Source: Heterodontus francisci (taxonomy: Eukaryota). Taken from it: a DNA stretch of 64,000 nucleotides. How positions within the stretch are numbered: position 1 is the stretch's first letter; each line of letters begins with the position of its first letter. Of the stretch, positions 37,607 through 49,779 are shown one piece after another. The stretch is taken from NCBI RefSeq assembly GCF_036365525.1, contig NW_027141363.1, positions 124,001-188,000 of the forward strand. The letters run 5' to 3'. The notes below the pieces were generated by a model, which ran no database searches, was not told where the DNA came from, and was given only the letters and a program-made list of their open reading frames with translations. The translations under genes and the position numbers were made by a program.

Positions 37607-39889
37607 CTGTAAAACCGAGAGAGAAAGAGAGAGATACACCCAGAGACAAGATTTAAATTGACATCGGCCACGAAGAGGGGGCAGGTACGATGGGCCGAAC
37701 GATCTCTTAAGTGTCCTTAATGTCCCGTGTTTCTATGTAAGAAGGGAGAGTTGGGAGAGGGAGAGATGCGCAGAGAGAGAAAGAGAGACTCAGAGAAAGA
37801 CATAGAATGATAAAGAGTGAGAGAAAAGGAGAGAAGCAGAGACAGAGAGAGAGAGAAGCACACAGACAGAGGGAGAAAAACAGCAACAATCCATACATGG
37901 ACAACAGACATGAAGGAGCTAAGAGGACAGGGAGAGAGAGAAAGAGAGACAGAGAGAAAGGGAGAGTGGGAGGGACAGACATAGAGGTACATATATCGTT
38001 AGACAGAGAGAATGAGATATGTAAATAAATATTGATAGATAGAGATTCTATATAGATAGTGAAATAGGCAGATATACAGATAATTAGATAACATAGATAG
38101 ACAGATAGATAGAGTGATGGATGGAGAGACAGATACATAGACGGAGAGATAGATAGATATAAAGTTAGATATGCAGATTCATAGATCGATAGATTCAGAG
38201 AAAGGGAGATACAGAGAGATAGATGGTGCAATAGACATTCTGATAAAGACCAGAGGTGTAATGAACAACAATACTGTCATGTATGGGGTAAATGTCACTC
38301 TAACACGTGCTTTTATAGTTTAGCTGCCAGTCTTAAAAATAAAGTACTGTTGTTCTGAAGGATTCACTATCACACCATTTGTACAAAATGAATACATTTT
38401 ATTTACCTTCCAAACACTAATCTGCACACAGGAAACAGATTCCCCCGCCCCTTTGTGTGAAGGAGTACTTCCTGACATCACTCCTGAATAGCCTGGCTCG
38501 ATGTTTGGGTTTAGACCACCTTGTTCTGCCCCCGTGCCCCGCCCTCAACAAGAGGAAATAGTTTATCTCCATCTACCCTATCAACACATTCAATCATTTT
38601 AAACACCTCAGTCAGATCACCATTTAATCTTCTATCCCTGAGGGAATAAGGAACAAGCAATGTAAACATGTTGGGTGTTGCATTTCCTTCACCCTTGATT
38701 GACTGATCAAAGATATTTTCAGAAACTCTGAACACAGGAAATCTTTCATAGAATCAGAGACTGGTTACAGTACAGAAGGAGTCCATTCCGCCCATCGAGT
38801 CCATGCCAGCTCTCTGCAAGATCAACCCAGCTAGTGCAACTCCTCCTATCTCTCCTGTCAATTCAATTTGTCGCCATAACCACCTGCAAATTCCTCTGCG
38901 CTGTTTCCTTCGCATGCTCTTGTGGAAGGACTTTGTCAGCACAACACAGCAACAGAATCGCATTGTACAGAGAGACACAGAGACAGGGAAGGCACCGTTA
39001 GTATGTGTGGTTATCAGAGTGCAGCTGTAAATGTTTCAACATGTTCACGGATGCAGCAAGAAAAAAACAGCCTGTTTTGTGGGTTTAACCGACACACCTT
39101 TGTATTTTTCCACTCCTAGGCCCGAGGCAAAACAGTAGGTTAAAGGGTAAGGTAACAAAGTGTTATGTTCCTGGGCTAGTAATGTAAAGGCCTGGGCTAA
39201 TAACCTGGAGATGTGAATTCAAATCCCAGCATGCTGGATTATTTCAATTCCCTTCATTAGATAAAGCTTGATTGATGAAAAGCTGCACTCAGTCATGGTG
39301 AACATCAACCTACAGTATTGGACAAAAAACTCATCGTCACTGAGAGAAAGAAACCTGCCATCCTTATCCGGTATGGCCTAAGAGGTGACTCCAGTCCCAC
39401 AACAATATGGTTGATTCTTAAAGGGCCCTCTGCATTGGCCGGGCAAGACAGTCGGTCATACAAAAGCTGTGACGGGAACAGACAGCAATGGGGGTGGGCT
39501 CATCGCCATCTTCTCAAAGACGGTGAGGTGGTGGGCACTGAATTCTGCATAACAGTGCCACAACCACATCCTGTGAATGAAAGCAGATAGAGAGAATGAG
39601 AAATATAATAGAATAGAGGCCTCAACACGGGTGTGTGTACACTGCATGGCCTGTCCTCACCCCCAGACACATCATCTGGTCTGTTTCAATCTTTCCCCTC
39701 ACTGCTCTGTAGCTAACCCCAGCCTCTTCCATGCAAGCGATACATGCACAGTTACTTGGCTGAGCTCCCATCCAGCATCCCTGATTAACATTCCCCAGTA
39801 ACCCTCCATCCTAAACTCCCACAAAATGCTCATGTGCCTGCTGTGTTATTTCCACCAACTTCACCAATCCCTTTCGACACCCCTAAATG

Positions 39890-40770
39890 TTGGTGTTGTT
39901 CTCCTGCTGAAGATGTTGTTGAACTTGTTGGTGTCTTCTTCCGACTGAAGTTGTTGTTGAACTTCTTGGTGCCTGCTTCTGACTGAAGTTGTTGTTGAAT
40001 TTGTTGGTGCCTTCTTCTGACTGAAGTTGTTGTTGAATTTGTTGATGCTTTCTTCCGACTGACGTTGTTGTTGGATTTTTGGTGTTTTTCTCTCCTGCTG
40101 AAGTTATTGTTGGATTTGTTGGGTTTTGTTTTACTGCAGCTGAAGTTGTTGTTGTTTTTTTTGGTGTTTTTCTCCTGCTGAAGTTATTGTTGAATTTGTT
40201 GGTGTTTTTCTACTGCTGAAGTTGTTGTTGAATTTGTTGGTGCTTATCACCTGCTGACTGAAGTTGTTGTTGAATTTGTTGGTGTTTTTCTCCTGCTGAA
40301 GTTGTTGTTGAATTGTGGGGCTTTTTAACTGTTGCTGAAGTTGTTGTTGTATTCGTTGATTTTTTTCCTGCTGAAGTTGTTGTTGAATCTGTTGGAGTTC
40401 TTTACTGCCTGCTGACTTTGTTGTTGAATTTTTTGGTGTTTTTTTCCTGCTGAAGTTGTTGTTGAATTTGTTGGTGTTCTTTAAACCCTGCTGACTTTGT
40501 TGTTGAATGTTTTGGTGTTTTTCTCCTGCTGAAGTTGTTGTTGTATCTGTTGAATGTTTTTTCCCGCTAATGTTGTTGAATTTGTGGTGTTTTTCTCCTG
40601 CTGAAGTTGTTGTTGCAATCGTTGATTTTTTTTTTCCTGCTGAAGTTGTTGAATTTGTTGGTGCTTTTCACCTGTTGAAGTTGTTGTTGAATTTGTTTGT
40701 GTTTTTCACCTGCTGAAGTTGTTGTTGAATTTGTTGATATTTTTCTTGAATTTGTTGCTGTTTTACTCCT
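39890..40770 (+). repeat. ~38-bp degenerate minisatellite (gctgaagttgttgttgaatttgttggtgtttttctcct)
   Basis: Read directly; same family at 47.0-47.8 (inverted), 50.1-50.4, 53.1-53.6 (inverted), 55.1-55.4 and 56.5-56.7 kb. Confidence 0.9.
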
Positions 40771-41199
40771 GCGATGCAGTGTTAGAGGGGGCCAATTTGC
40801 CACCAATAATATTGTCCTCCTCAGCACAGATGCCACCGGATGTAAGGAACTATGCATAATGATCCAACAACAAAGCATGTGCTTAGACTACACAGGTCAA
40901 TGGGATGAACAAATGAGAAACATTTCATTGGCTAGTATTGGGTTTTGTTTTGGTGACATCCTGGGACTGTACAGAGGACAACCTCTGATGTCCAGAAGGG
41001 CAGAACTGCACAGTCAGAGGGGGCAATCCTCAGCAATGATTATCCTCCAATCAAAATTGCTCCGACAATAACCACAGATGATCTGGACATTATTGCCTGT
41101 TTGATGGATCTTGCTTTGTAGAAACTGGCTGCCACTGTTCCTATCTTGCAGCAGTGGCTGCACTTCGAAGAAGTACTAGCAACGAATATGGGATTAGTA

Positions 41200-41800
41200 A
41201 AGCACTCGGGTTCTTGGGCTTTATAAATGGAGGCATGGAGCACAAGCGCTGGGAAGCTATGATGAACCTTTCCAAAGCTCTGGTTAGGCTGTAACTGGAA
41301 GTTTGCGTTCAGTTCTGGTCACCACACTTTAGGAAGGATGTGAGTGTCCATGACAGGGTGCAAAGGAGATTTTACCAGAATGGTTCCAGGGATGTTACAT
41401 GGTTATTTTGGAGAATCTGGGGTTGTTTACCTTGATGCAAAGGCGATTGAGGGGAGATCTGATAGAGGAAACAAGATTGTGACAGTGTTAGTTAAGGTAG
41501 ACAGAGTAAACCTGTTCCCATTAGTGGATGGTGCAAGGACTATTGGTCACAGATTGATGATTCTGGACAATAGATACTGGGGTATTTGAGGAATAACCTC
41601 TATACACAGTGAGTGGTAACAACAGGGAATTCACTGCCTACCAGGGTGGTGGAAGTGGAGACAATGAATGATTTCAAAAGGAAATTGATTGGACACTTGA
41701 AGGAGATAATCTTGCTGGGCCGCAGGGATAGAGAGGTAGAATGGGACTGACTGGATTGCATGGACTCGATGGGCAGAATGGCCTCCTTCTGTACCATACA
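41200..41800 (+). mobile_element. CR1 LINE 3' fragment
   Basis: cagttctggtcaccacactttaggaaggatgtg (QFWSPHFRKDV) and CR1 tail. Confidence 0.75.
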
Positions 41801-41962
41801 GGCTGTATGACTTTCTGGCTAACTGGCTGTAAAGTGTTTTCAGATGAAATGGTGTTGCAAAGGTCACCAATAGGGATACACAGGGGCTCGTTGGTTTGCT
41901 GAGCTTTCACGATGATGCTGCTCACAGCTGGGTGTTTTAGGGGCAGGTTGGGAGGGTGAGGA

Positions 41963-42001
41963 TGTTTTTGTCTCACTCTGCCGCAGGGTTGTATCGCTGT
42001 G
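41963..42001 (-). promoter_or_regulatory. 23-RSS of V13
   Basis: CACAGCG (41995-42001), 23-bp spacer, ACAAAAACA (41963-41971). Confidence 0.92.
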
Positions 42002-42621
42002 CCCATACTCGCTGCACAGTAGTAGGTCGCAGTGTCTGTCGGCTGGGGGTCGACCAGCTGCAGGGAGAATCGGTTGCTTGCAGCGTCGTGTTGCACAGTG
42101 AACCGCTTCTCAAAGCCTGGCCCACAGCTGCCGTGCTCATTGCACATCCACTTTACTGCCTTCCCCTCCTGCCTGTACCAGTGCATGGTGTAGCTGCCCA
42201 TGCTGGCTCCCTCCAAGCTGCAGCCGAGGGCGAGGGGCTTCCCCGGTCGTATAGAAGCCGCAGCTGGAGTCTGGACCACAGTGGGTGCAGACTGAACCCT
42301 TGGAACACATTCCATAAAAGAAAGTAATTCAGAATCATGGAAGGAAAATGGTAGCATAAATCATAAAATCTAACAGAATAGAAAGAGGCCGTTCTGCCCA
42401 TCGTATCTGCTGTTTGAAAGAGCTATCGAGTTAGTCGCACTTGCCCCTGTTCCTACCCCATTGCCCTCCCAATTTCCCCGCTCCAAGCCCTGATCCAATA
42501 GCCATTTGGGAGATTACTATTGAATCTACTTCCTCCTGCTGAAGGGATAGCACTTACAAAAAATCCAATGTCCAAGCAATAAGATGACCAAGATTGAGAT
42601 GGTTTTAGCTGAGACTGCCAT
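42002..42621 (-). CDS. TRBV: TCR V segment V13, intact, divergent short-CDR2 family; leader exon 42558-42621, V exon 42002-42298
   Basis: Leader MAVSAKTISILVILLLGHWIF with GTAAGT donor; VVQTP..CSLEGASMGSYTMHWYRQ..DTATYYCAASMG; 23-RSS. Confidence 0.88.
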
Positions 42622-42879
42622 CGCCCTTCTCAGAAGCAGAGAGGCAGCCCTTACTGAGCAACAAGCCAGCGCCTGGTAAATGGAAATGCCACCACTTGTG
42701 ATGAAGAGAGTGGAATGATTGGCCGCCCATCCTGTACCTCGACCACGCCTGTCAGCAGAGTGAACAAATGAGGAGCACTTCCCTCGGCAACATTGCTGTT
42801 ATTTTTGCAGATTCCTGCAAGCCCCTTAGCCCGACTTTCTCTCTTCCCTTCCCAACATTCCCACCTTTCCTTCCATGGA

Positions 42880-44360
42880 ATATTGCCTTATTTTTTGATT
42901 GGTCAGGAACGTGCTGACCATGTGAAAGATAGGTAGGAAAACAAATTGTGAGGAGGGCACAAAGAGTCTGCAGAGGGATATAGATAGGTTAAGTGAGTGG
43001 GCAAAAAATTGGCAGATGGAGCATAATGTGGGCAAATGTGAGCTTGCTCACTTTGGCAGGAAGAATGGGAATTCAGAACATCATTTAAATAGAGAGAGAC
43101 TGCAGGTCTCTGCAGTACAGAGTGATCTGGGTCCTGGTCTGTGAATCACAAAAAGTCAACATGTAGGTACAGCAAGTGATTAGGGCGGCAAATGAAATGT
43201 TGTTGTTTATTACAAGGGGAATAGAATATAAAAGTAGGGAAGTGTTGCTACAGCTGTACAGGGCCTTAGTTAGACCACATCTGGAGTACTGAGTAAAGTA
43301 TTGGTCTACGTAATTAAGAAAGGACATAAATGCATTGGAATTAGTTCAGAGAAGGTTCACTCGGCTGATACCTGGGATGAAGGGATTGTCTTATGAGGAA
43401 ATGTTGAGCAGTTTAAGCCGATACCCACTGGAGTTTAGAAGAATGAGAGGTGATCTTACCGAGACATGTAATAATTTAAGGGTGATTGACAGCGTGGAAG
43501 CCGAGAGGATGTTTCCCCCTGGTGGGCGAATCTAGAACTAGGCAGCATAATTTCAAAATAAGTGATTGGCAGATGGAGTATAACGTGGGGAAGAATGAGG
43601 TTTTTCACTTTGGTTGCAAGAATATAATTTTTTATAAGGCGCGAATCTTCCCGATGTTGATGTTCAGAGAGGCTTGGGTGTCCCCGTACATGAGACACAG
43701 TAAGTTCACATGCAGGTGCAGCAAGAAATTAGCAAGGCAAATGGCCTGTTGGCCTTTACTGCAAGTGGGATTGGAGTACAGGAATAAGGAAGTCTTGTTA
43801 CAATTGGCCAGCGCTTTGATAAGATCGCACCTGCATTACTGTACACAGTTGTGGTCTCCATATCCGAGGAAGGCTACACTTGCCTCGGTGGCAGTACAAC
43901 GAAGGGTCACTCGATTGGTTCCTGGGATGAGAGGTTTGTCCTATGATGAGAGAGCCTGTAGTCTATGGAGTTTAGAAGAATGAAAGGTGATCTCAGTGAA
44001 ACATACAAGATTCTGAAGGTGCTTGACTGGGTAGACACTGAGAAGTTGTTTCCCCTGGCTGGGGAATCTCTTGCAGCCTCAGGATAAGGGGCCAAGCATT
44101 TGGGACTGAGATAAGGAGAGGTTTCTTCACTCAAAGGGCGGTAAATCTTTGGAATTCTCTACCCTCGGGGGTGGTGGATGCTCCATTATTGAATATATTT
44201 CAGGTTGTGATAGACAGATATGTGGTCACTGATGGACTGAAGGGATATGGGGAGCGGGTGGAAAAGTGGAGTTCAGTTGGAGGATCAGTCATGATGGTAT
44301 TGAATGACAGAGCAGGATCGAGGTGCCAAATGGTCTACTCCTGCTCCGATTTCTCATGTT
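42880..44360 (+). mobile_element. Nested or tandem CR1 LINE fragments
   Basis: WQMEYNVGK, LVRPHLEY and LELVQRRFTRLIPG motifs. Confidence 0.85.
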
Positions 44361-45257
44361 ATTCTAAAATCTAGTCATTTGATTCATGATGATTCCATTA
44401 ACACAATCTAAAAACCCGTTAACTTTAACTGCAGGCTCTTTACATCAGTGTTCACCCTTCAATGATCTGACCAGAATAATTCTCTGCTGGCCTCATTCAG
44501 TATCTTCCCTGCAAGTGATACTTGGATTCATTTTTGGCCCCATCAACGTACATAACACAACATTTGCCTAAATTTAATGCCAGTTGCCATTGTGTGGCCT
44601 AATCCCCTGCCACAAGTAAATCACTTTGGATTCCACAGGACCCTTCCACTGTCTTAACCCGTGCACAGATTTTAGTGACATCTGCAAACATTCTTTTATT
44701 ATTTCATTGTATGTGGGAGTCACTGGCCAGGCCAGCATTTATTGCCCATCCCGAATCGCCCTTGAGAAGGTGGTGGTGAGCTGCCTTCTTGAACCGCTGC
44801 AGTCCATGTGAGGTGGGTACACCCACAGTGCTGTTAGGAAGGGAGTTCCAGGATTTTGACCCAGCGACAGTGAAGGAACGGCCGAAACAGTTCCAAGTCA
44901 GGATGGTGTGTGACTTGGAGGGGAACTTGCAGGTGGTGGTGTTCCCATGCATTTGCTGCACTTGTCCTTCTAGATTGAGGTCGCGGGTTTGGAAGGTGCT
45001 GTCGAAGGAGCCTTGGTGCGTTACTGCAGTGCATTGTGTAGCTGGTACACACTGCTGCCACTGTGTGTCTGTGGCGGAGGGAGTGAATATTTAAGGTGGT
45101 GTTTGTTTAGTTAGATTCCCCCAGCTGCTATGGTGGGATTTGAACTCTTGTGCTCTGGATCATTCGGTCGAAGCCTCAGGATTACTAGTCCCAGTAACAT
45201 AACAGCAATGCTACCATACCCCCAGAGACTGGGGTAAGGTGTATTACACAATTCCCA

Positions 45258-45580
45258 AGTTTTTGCCGTGTTTCCTTGCATTCTAGTTGCACTGTGTGTA
45301 TCCTAGTGAGCCCCGCAGTAGTAAGTGCTGTTGGCTTGGACCCGGGAGCTTTTCAAGGACAGAGGGAAAGTGTTGGCCTGAGTCTCGTGCTGGGTTTCAA
45401 TCCTTTTCCTGTAGTTAGATGCAGAAAGTACACTCTATCTGATCCATTCCAGGCAGTCACCAAACTGCAATTACCAGTCCAAACAACACTCAGTCATGTT
45501 GCCCTGCCCAATGCTTCTGTGGAACGTGGGTTCCTCCACGGGAACCAGAGCATTGACCACTGGGGACTGGAGAACCATCT
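45258..45580 (-). pseudogene. V pseudogene V14 (short-CDR2, LEWI type) with 23-RSS 45258-45296
   Basis: Manual translation MVLQSP..DW*LQFGDCLEWIR*..NSTYYCGAH*; CACAGTG-23-GCAAAAACT. Confidence 0.85.
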
Positions 45581-46994
45581 AACATCTAACAAGATTCTTC
45601 ACACAGTATGGCAGATCAATGGGGAGAGAACGACAGTGGGCCACAGGGAGGGACAGAGGCAAAAGCAGAAGAGAGGGAATAAGAAGGAGACAAATTATTC
45701 TTCTAGAGTCACGCTGCTACATTCACACTTATATTTGCTCCACAAGTTAAGCTCAATTATAAATCAGATTTATTACATTGATAAAACTATAAATGCATCA
45801 AACTCGGAAGGATGAATACAAACCAATTCAGTCTGCATCTGAGAAAAAAGGAAATTGGTAATGTTTAATGATGATACTCTGTCAGAATAATCCTAACTGC
45901 TGTTCACATCAAGGAACAGTAAATTATTTCAATTTGGTTGACGAGGAGATTATGTAAGCAATGCATAAAGTAACTATTACGAACATTAATTTCATCAACA
46001 ATGGGACCGAATGGGGACAGTGGTGTTTCTTGTCTTCAAGCTGGAAAGCAGGAATATGGAAAGCAGATCTCAAACTACATTGAGATTCATTTCAGAGGAG
46101 GAGGCTCGTTATAAGCAGTGTGATCAAACCGCCCCTGCTGCTGTGGAAACTGCAGATAGGTCAAATAACCAGTGTCACTGGCGTTGTATTCCTTGCAGAG
46201 CACCCTCTGACCACATCATACCAACAAAACCTTAGAGGGGAACAGAGCCGGACAGGGAGAGGCCATCCCGGGGAACCCCACATAGGGAGAAATAAAGAGA
46301 GAATGAGAGAGAGAGAACAACTGGGAGGGAGCAAGGGAGAGGTAGAGTGAGGCAAAGACAGAGAGAGAGAGACAGACTGATCAACAAAGCCACTGAGAGA
46401 TGGAATGATTCAGGGAAAATTAGTTCGAAAGAGAGAGAGAGAGATTGAGAGAACGAGTGACAGATAGAGAGAATGAGGCAATAGGAGGTGTAGAGACAGA
46501 CAGGGAGAGACAGAGACAGAGCGAAACAGAGACAGGAAATGAGAGGAGATAGGCAGAATTAATTACAGACAGAGAGACAGAATGAGACTGAGTGCGTTTG
46601 AGAAAGAAATAGAGACAGACAGCAAGAGTAAGCGAGGAAATGAGAGGCGAGAAAGAGAGGGGAAGGAAAGAAGAGAGTGAGATAAAGAGAGAGAATGAGA
46701 ATGGGTGTGCGTGTGAGAGACAGAAAGAGCAACAGAGCTGTGAGGAAATGAGAGAAGGAAAGAGAGACAGGGATAAAGAAAGAGAATGAGAGTGAGTGTG
46801 TGTGAGAGAGGAAAAATAACAAGAGCAACAGAGACAGAGAAACAGGCATGAAGAGAGAGAGAAAGGAAACAATTTTACAGAACAACATAAACGATGTTTT
46901 TTTAATCAATATTGGTGAAGTCTGATGTGTTTCCTGGTGCTAGCTCGCCCTCTGCTGTCCCCCGGAGGAGAAAACCCCCCAAAAATACAAAAAC

Positions 46995-47810
46995 AGCTGC
47001 AGCACAAAAAAACACTAACAAATTCAACAATAACTTCAACAGGAAAAATAAAAGCACCAATGAAAAGGGCGGCACAGTGGCCCAGTTGTTAGCACCGCAG
47101 CCTCATAGCTCCAGCGACCCGGGTTCAATTCTGCCTGTGTGGAGTTTGCAAGTTCTCCCTGTGTCTGCGTGGGTTTCCTGTGGGTGCTCTGGTTTCCTCC
47201 CACATGCCATTATACATTGCCCGTGGTAAAGGTAGGTGGCAGGGAAATACAGGGACAGGTTGGGATGTGGTAGGAATATGGAATTAGTGTAGGATTAGTA
47301 TAAATTGGTGGTTGGTGGTTGGCACAGACATGGTAGGCCGAAGGGCCTGTTTCAGTGCTGTATCTCTAAACTAAACTCTGAACTAAACAACTTCAACAGG
47401 AAAAACACCAACAAATTCAACAACAACTTATTACAGGAAAAACATCAACAAATTCAACAACAATTTCAACAGGACATAACACCAACAAATACAAAAACAA
47501 CTTCAGTAGGAGAAAAACACCAACAAATTCAACAACAACTGCAGCAGGATAAAAACACCAGCAAATTCAACAACAACTTCAACAGGAAAAACACCATCAA
47601 ATTCAACAACGCTTTCAACAGGAAAAACACCAACAATGCCAACAACAGCTTTAGCAGGAGAAAAACATCAACAAAGTTAGCAACAACTTCAGCAGGAGAA
47701 AAACACCAATAAAATTGAACAACAACCTCAGCAGGAAAAACACCAACAAATTCAACAACCACCTCAACAGGAAAAACACCAACAAACTCAACAACAACTT
47801 CAGCAGGTTG
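46995..47810 (-). repeat. ~38-bp minisatellite (CAA orientation) interrupted by a SINE
   Basis: caacaacttcagcaggagaaaaacaccaacaaatt units. Confidence 0.85.
47067..47376 (+). mobile_element. tRNA-derived V-SINE (HE1-like)
   Basis: A-box and B-box (ggcacagtggc..gggttcaattc), V-domain tgtgtggagtttgca..gcgtgggtttcct..ggtttcctcccaca, CR1-like tail. Confidence 0.8.
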
Positions 47811-48258
47811 TCTGTTCCTGGGATCTTGCCTTGTAGAAACTGGCTTCCACTCTTCCTACATTACATCAGGGGCCGTACTTCGAAACAGTAGCAAAGAATA
47901 TGGGAATAGAAAAACCTATGAGATTAGCAAAAAATGCGAGATCTTGGGATTCATAAATAGACGCAAAGCCTACAAAAACTAGTAAGTTATGCTGAACCTT
48001 TATAATGCTCTAGTTAGGCCACAACTGGAGAATTGCTTCCAGTTCTGGTTATCACATTTTATGAAGGAGGTGAGGGTCATAGAGTGGGTGCAGAGGAGAT
48101 TTACCAGAATAGTTCCAGGAATGGAGGATTTTAGTTACAAGGTTACGTTGGAGAAACTGGTGTTATTCTCCCTGGAGAAACTGAGATTGCGTGGAGACTT
48201 GATAGAGGTGTACAAGATTGTGACAGGTTTAGATAAAGATCACAAAGAAAAGCTGATA

Positions 48259-48815
48259 CTCACCCAGGAGTCAGTCCCCCAGCTCCACTGACTGGTCCCA
48301 CAGTGTTGGTGTTCCTGCTACTCACCCAGGCGTCAGTCCCCCAGCTCCACTGACTGGTCCCACAGTGTTGGTGTTCCTGCTACTCACCCAGGAGTCAGTC
48401 CCCCAGCTCCACTGACTAGTCCCACAGTGTTGGTGTTCCTGCTACTCACCCAGGAGTCAGTCCCCCAGCTCCACTGACTAGTCCCACAGTGTTGGTGTTC
48501 CTGCTACTCACCCAGGCGTCAGTCCCTCAGCTCCACTGACTAGTCCCACAGTGTTGGTGTTCCTGCTCCTCACCCAGGAGTCGGTCCCCCAGCTCCACTG
48601 ACTAGTCCCACAGTGTTGGTGTTCCTGCTACTCACCCAGGAGTCAGTCCCCCAGCTCCACTGACTGGTCCCACAGTGTTGGTGTTCCTGCTCCTCACCCA
48701 GGAGTCAGTTCCCCAGCTCCACTGACAAGTCCTACAGTGTTGGTGTTCCTGCTACTCACCCAGGAGTCAGTCCCCCAGCTCCACTGACTAGTCCCACATT
48801 GTTTGTGCTCCTGCT
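48259..48815 (+). repeat. 62-bp minisatellite x~9 containing CACAGTG
   Basis: Units start at 48259, 48321, 48383, 48445, 48507, 48569, 48631, 48693 and 48755; single unit in the paralog at ~54018-54080. Confidence 0.92.
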
Positions 48816-49445
48816 CCTCGCTCCAGCTGCAGGGAATTTACAGCACAGCAACAGGCCATTCGTCCCGATACATCCATGCTGGTCTTTTTGGTCCACACGA
48901 ACGTTGTTCCACGCCCTCTTCATCGCGCCCCCAGCCACATATCCTTCTGTTCCTCTCTCCCTCATGTCCTATCCAGCATCCCCTCAGCTTAAATATATCT
49001 TCCCTATTCCCCTCAGCCTGTGATAATGAGTTCCACATTCTCCCCACTCTCTGGGTGAAGATGTTTCTCCCGAATTCCCAATTGGATTTATGGCTGACTG
49101 TCTTATATTGATGCCCCACCCCTTTTTCTGGTCTCACCCGCAAATGAAAAAAAACTTCTCTACATTTATCTGATCAAAAACCCTTTCATAATCTTAAAGA
49201 GCTCTATCAGGGCACTCCTGAGCCTTCTCTTTTCAAGCGATAAGAGCCCAAACTGTTCAGTCTTTTACTGATCATTATAACCTCCCAGTTCTCGTATCAT
49301 CCTTGAAGATATTTCCGTGCAACTTTTCCCCGACGTTCAATGCAACCTGTGTCTTCATCATGTCAAAGACATGTTCACACTGCAACAGGTAAACCCAACA
49401 GGATACAGAGCTGCAGGCCTTAATCTGAAACAGGTGTTTCTCTTG

Positions 49446-49779
49446 GTGTTTTGTTGAACTGCTCCGTCTCTCTGAGTCACTGTGCTGACTCCAGGCACAG
49501 AAATACAGGGCCGAGTGATTCTCCAGCAGGCTGGTGTACTCCAGGTTGAACTGGGAGCCAGTCGGTCGTTTGGCGTTGAAACCCTCCACCGTCCCCTCTG
49601 AGTTCACACCTGGTGTAGCTGTGGAGTAAAACATCAGCCGCGGCTCCTTCCCCGGTCCTGTCTGTACCAGAACATGTAACCGCTACTCTCATCCTCCACA
49701 CGGCACTCCAGTCCCACTCCCTCCCCAGGAAATCTGGAGATGGCGGTGGGAGTCTGGCGGACCCTCGCGGAGATTGCGC
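49446..49779 (-). pseudogene. V pseudogene V15 (CAWS/NHS family), frameshift in FR2, 23-RSS 49446-49484
   Basis: VRQTP..C..MFWYRQD / frameshift / EPRLMFYS..YFCAWSQ; CACAGTG-23-ACAAAACAC; no leader seen. Confidence 0.9.

Larger units (their letters stand above)
31701..37625 (+). repeat. Segmental duplicate of window positions 1 to ~6530
   Basis: Collinear near-identity: flank, CR1, TCTA repeat, LINE, V1-like gene, GATA repeat, V2-like gene. Confidence 0.95.

Noticed and set aside
45276-45815. Plus-strand 179-aa ORF and its 138-aa paralog at 51018-51434
   Set aside because: Antisense shadows of the minus-strand V pseudogenes V14 and V16.
46080-46260. Exon-like piece (AG then FCWYDVV...) duplicated near 52200-52350, superficially like the V10 N-terminus or a C-region exon
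   Set aside because: No Cys/Trp Ig pattern, stops in the candidate frames and no RSS; not supportable.
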